DNA of 64,000 nucleotides from Escherichia coli (GTDB lineage Bacteria; Pseudomonadota; Gammaproteobacteria; Enterobacterales; Enterobacteriaceae): NCBI RefSeq assembly GCF_030384885.1, contig NZ_CP128613.1; one strand, 5' to 3'. Shown piece by piece: positions 62,478 to 64,000 of this stretch (position 1 is its first letter; each line of letters starts with the position of its first letter). The notes under the pieces were generated by a model. It saw only the letters and a program-made list of their open reading frames with translations, ran no database searches and was not told where the DNA came from. The position numbers and the translations under genes were made by a program.

Positions 62478-63980
62478 TTACGCCGCAATGGCGTTCATGA
62501 TCGCCGGAACGGAAAGCTCTGCCAACGGGATCTCCGCAACCTGTTTGCGATCGCGCATGATAATCACCCGGTCGGCATAGCCCACCAGTTCTTCCAGTTC
62601 GGAGGAGATCACCAGCAGCGCCAGACCATCGGCGCATAACGTTTCAATCAGGCGGATGATCTCGGCGTGCGCACCAACGTCAATGCCGCGCGTTGGCTCA
62701 TCAAGTATCAGAAATTGTGGTCGGGTGAGCAGCCAGCGTGAAAGCAACACTTTTTGCTGATTGCCGCCGGAGAGAAATTCAATCGGTTGTTCAGTGGAAG
62801 GTGTGCGAATGCCAAGCTGGCGGATAAAGCGTTCGGCAATCTCTTGCTGTTCTTTGCGCGAAATCGGTCGTAGCCAGCCGCGCTGGGCCTGGAGAGCGAG
62901 GATGATATTTTCCCGCACCGAGGCGGCGGCGATGATGCCATCGGTTTTCCTGTCTTCCGGGCAGAAGCCGATACCCAGTACCGACGCCTGATGTGGGGAT
63001 CGCAGGGCTTGCTGTTTGCCTTTGATCAACGCCGTGCCGCTGTCTGCAGGTTTGATACCGAAGATCACTTCGGCGGTTTCGGTACGTCCTGATCCCAGCA
63101 AGCCTGCCAGGCCAACGATCTCGCCGGGGCGTACTTCGAGATCAAACGGTGCGATCGTTCCTTTTTTGCCGTAATTTTTGAACGCGGCAACGGGTTTGTC
63201 GCTCAGCAATGTTCGTCCGGCACGCTGTAGCGCGTGGGTGTCCAGCTCGCGCCCCAGCATCATTTTTACCAGTTCGATCTGCGGTAGCTCGCGGGTTTCC
63301 CGACAGCCTACGAAACTGCCGTTGCGTAAGACGGTGATCCGATCGCTGACCTGATAGACCTGATCGAGAAAGTGAGTAACGAAGATCAGGCTGACGCCGC
63401 GATCGCGCAACTGACGCATCAGGCCAAACAGTAACTCTACTTCCTGAGTGTCGAGGCTGGCGGTGGGTTCATCGAGGATCAGCACTTTGGCGGAGAGATC
63501 GATGGCCCGGCAAATGGCGACGATTTGCTGCATCGCGACTGAAAAGCGGTTGAGCGGTTCCCGCACGTCGAGGGAGAAACCGTAAGATGCCATCAGTTCG
63601 GTGGCGCGCTTTTCCATCTCTTTACGGCGTAGAAGGCCGAAACGTTTGGGTTCGCGACCTATGAATAGATTATCAGCGACCGACATATTGGGTAGCAGGT
63701 TGACTTCCTGATAGACGGTGCCGATGCCGAGTTGTTGTGCGTGGGCGGTATTTTTCGGTGAGATAGTCTGGCCTTCCAGCCAGATGGTTCCACGATCGGC
63801 GTGGTAGACACCGGTTAATGCTTTGATTAGCGTTGATTTTCCCGCCCCGTTTTCACCGAGCAGCGCCATGATTTCACCACGGCGCAGGCTGAAATCAACG
63901 TTGTCTAACGCTTTGACGCCGGGGAAAAATTTACTTAATCCTTCGGTGCGGAGGATTTCCTGGTGTTGGTTAGTATTCAT
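62478..63980 (-). CDS. ytfR: ABC transporter ATP-binding protein YtfR (duplicated ATPase domains)
   Basis: 500 aa, two Walker A motifs (GENGAGKST, GLLGSGRTE) and ABC signature LSGGNQQK. Confidence 0.95.
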   Translation of the reverse strand: MNTNQHQEILRTEGLSKFFPGVKALDNVDFSLRRGEIMALLGENGAGKSTLIKALTGVYHADRGTIWLEGQTISPKNTAHAQQLGIGTVYQEVNLLPNMSVADNLFIGREPKRFGLLRRKEMEKRATELMASYGFSLDVREPLNRFSVAMQQIVAICRAIDLSAKVLILDEPTASLDTQEVELLFGLMRQLRDRGVSLIFVTHFLDQVYQVSDRITVLRNGSFVGCRETRELPQIELVKMMLGRELDTHALQRAGRTLLSDKPVAAFKNYGKKGTIAPFDLEVRPGEIVGLAGLLGSGRTETAEVIFGIKPADSGTALIKGKQQALRSPHQASVLGIGFCPEDRKTDGIIAAASVRENIILALQAQRGWLRPISRKEQQEIAERFIRQLGIRTPSTEQPIEFLSGGNQQKVLLSRWLLTRPQFLILDEPTRGIDVGAHAEIIRLIETLCADGLALLVISSELEELVGYADRVIIMRDRKQVAEIPLAELSVPAIMNAIAA

Positions 63981-64000
63981 AGTTTCCCCCGTAGTAAAGC

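Overview
Escherichia coli chromosomal segment, in reverse-complement orientation relative to the K-12 map (identified from protein-level recognition of the ORF translations; no database search was run). Left to right: the type 1 fimbriae locus (fimD start, fimC, fimI, fimA, the 314-bp invertible fim switch, fimE, fimB), the nanCMS sialic-acid operon, and an accessory region of about 14 kb. The accessory region holds an intact 1171-aa helicase-PLD nuclease gene (the architecture of type II Mokosh defence genes; K-12 has only the yjhR pseudogene here, from memory) and a leuX-integrated island of about 9.6 kb bounded by direct repeats. The island carries a P4-type integrase, an HNH nuclease gene broken by one in-frame amber codon, a 5'-nucleotidase-like gene, an orphan hsdS with a truncated upstream R-M gene, CbtA/CbeA and ParE/RHH toxin-antitoxin pairs, and an XRE-HTH fusion protein. 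The rest is conserved core: ahr, yjgR, lptGF, pepA-holC-valS, yjgN, yjgM, rraB, argI, yjgL, tabA, bdcRA, yjgH, pyrLBI, ridA, mgtLA, treRBC, nrdDG, cybC, pmbA, yjgA, mpl, fbp, yjfF, ytfT, ytfR. The strain is not K-12: cybC is intact, the idn operon is absent between yjgR and ahr, and the leuX island content differs. The best candidates for an undescribed or poorly described system are the helicase-PLD gene and the unknown-function genes inside the leuX island. All coordinates were derived by hand from the sequence and ORF track; functional calls are from motif and family recognition only.
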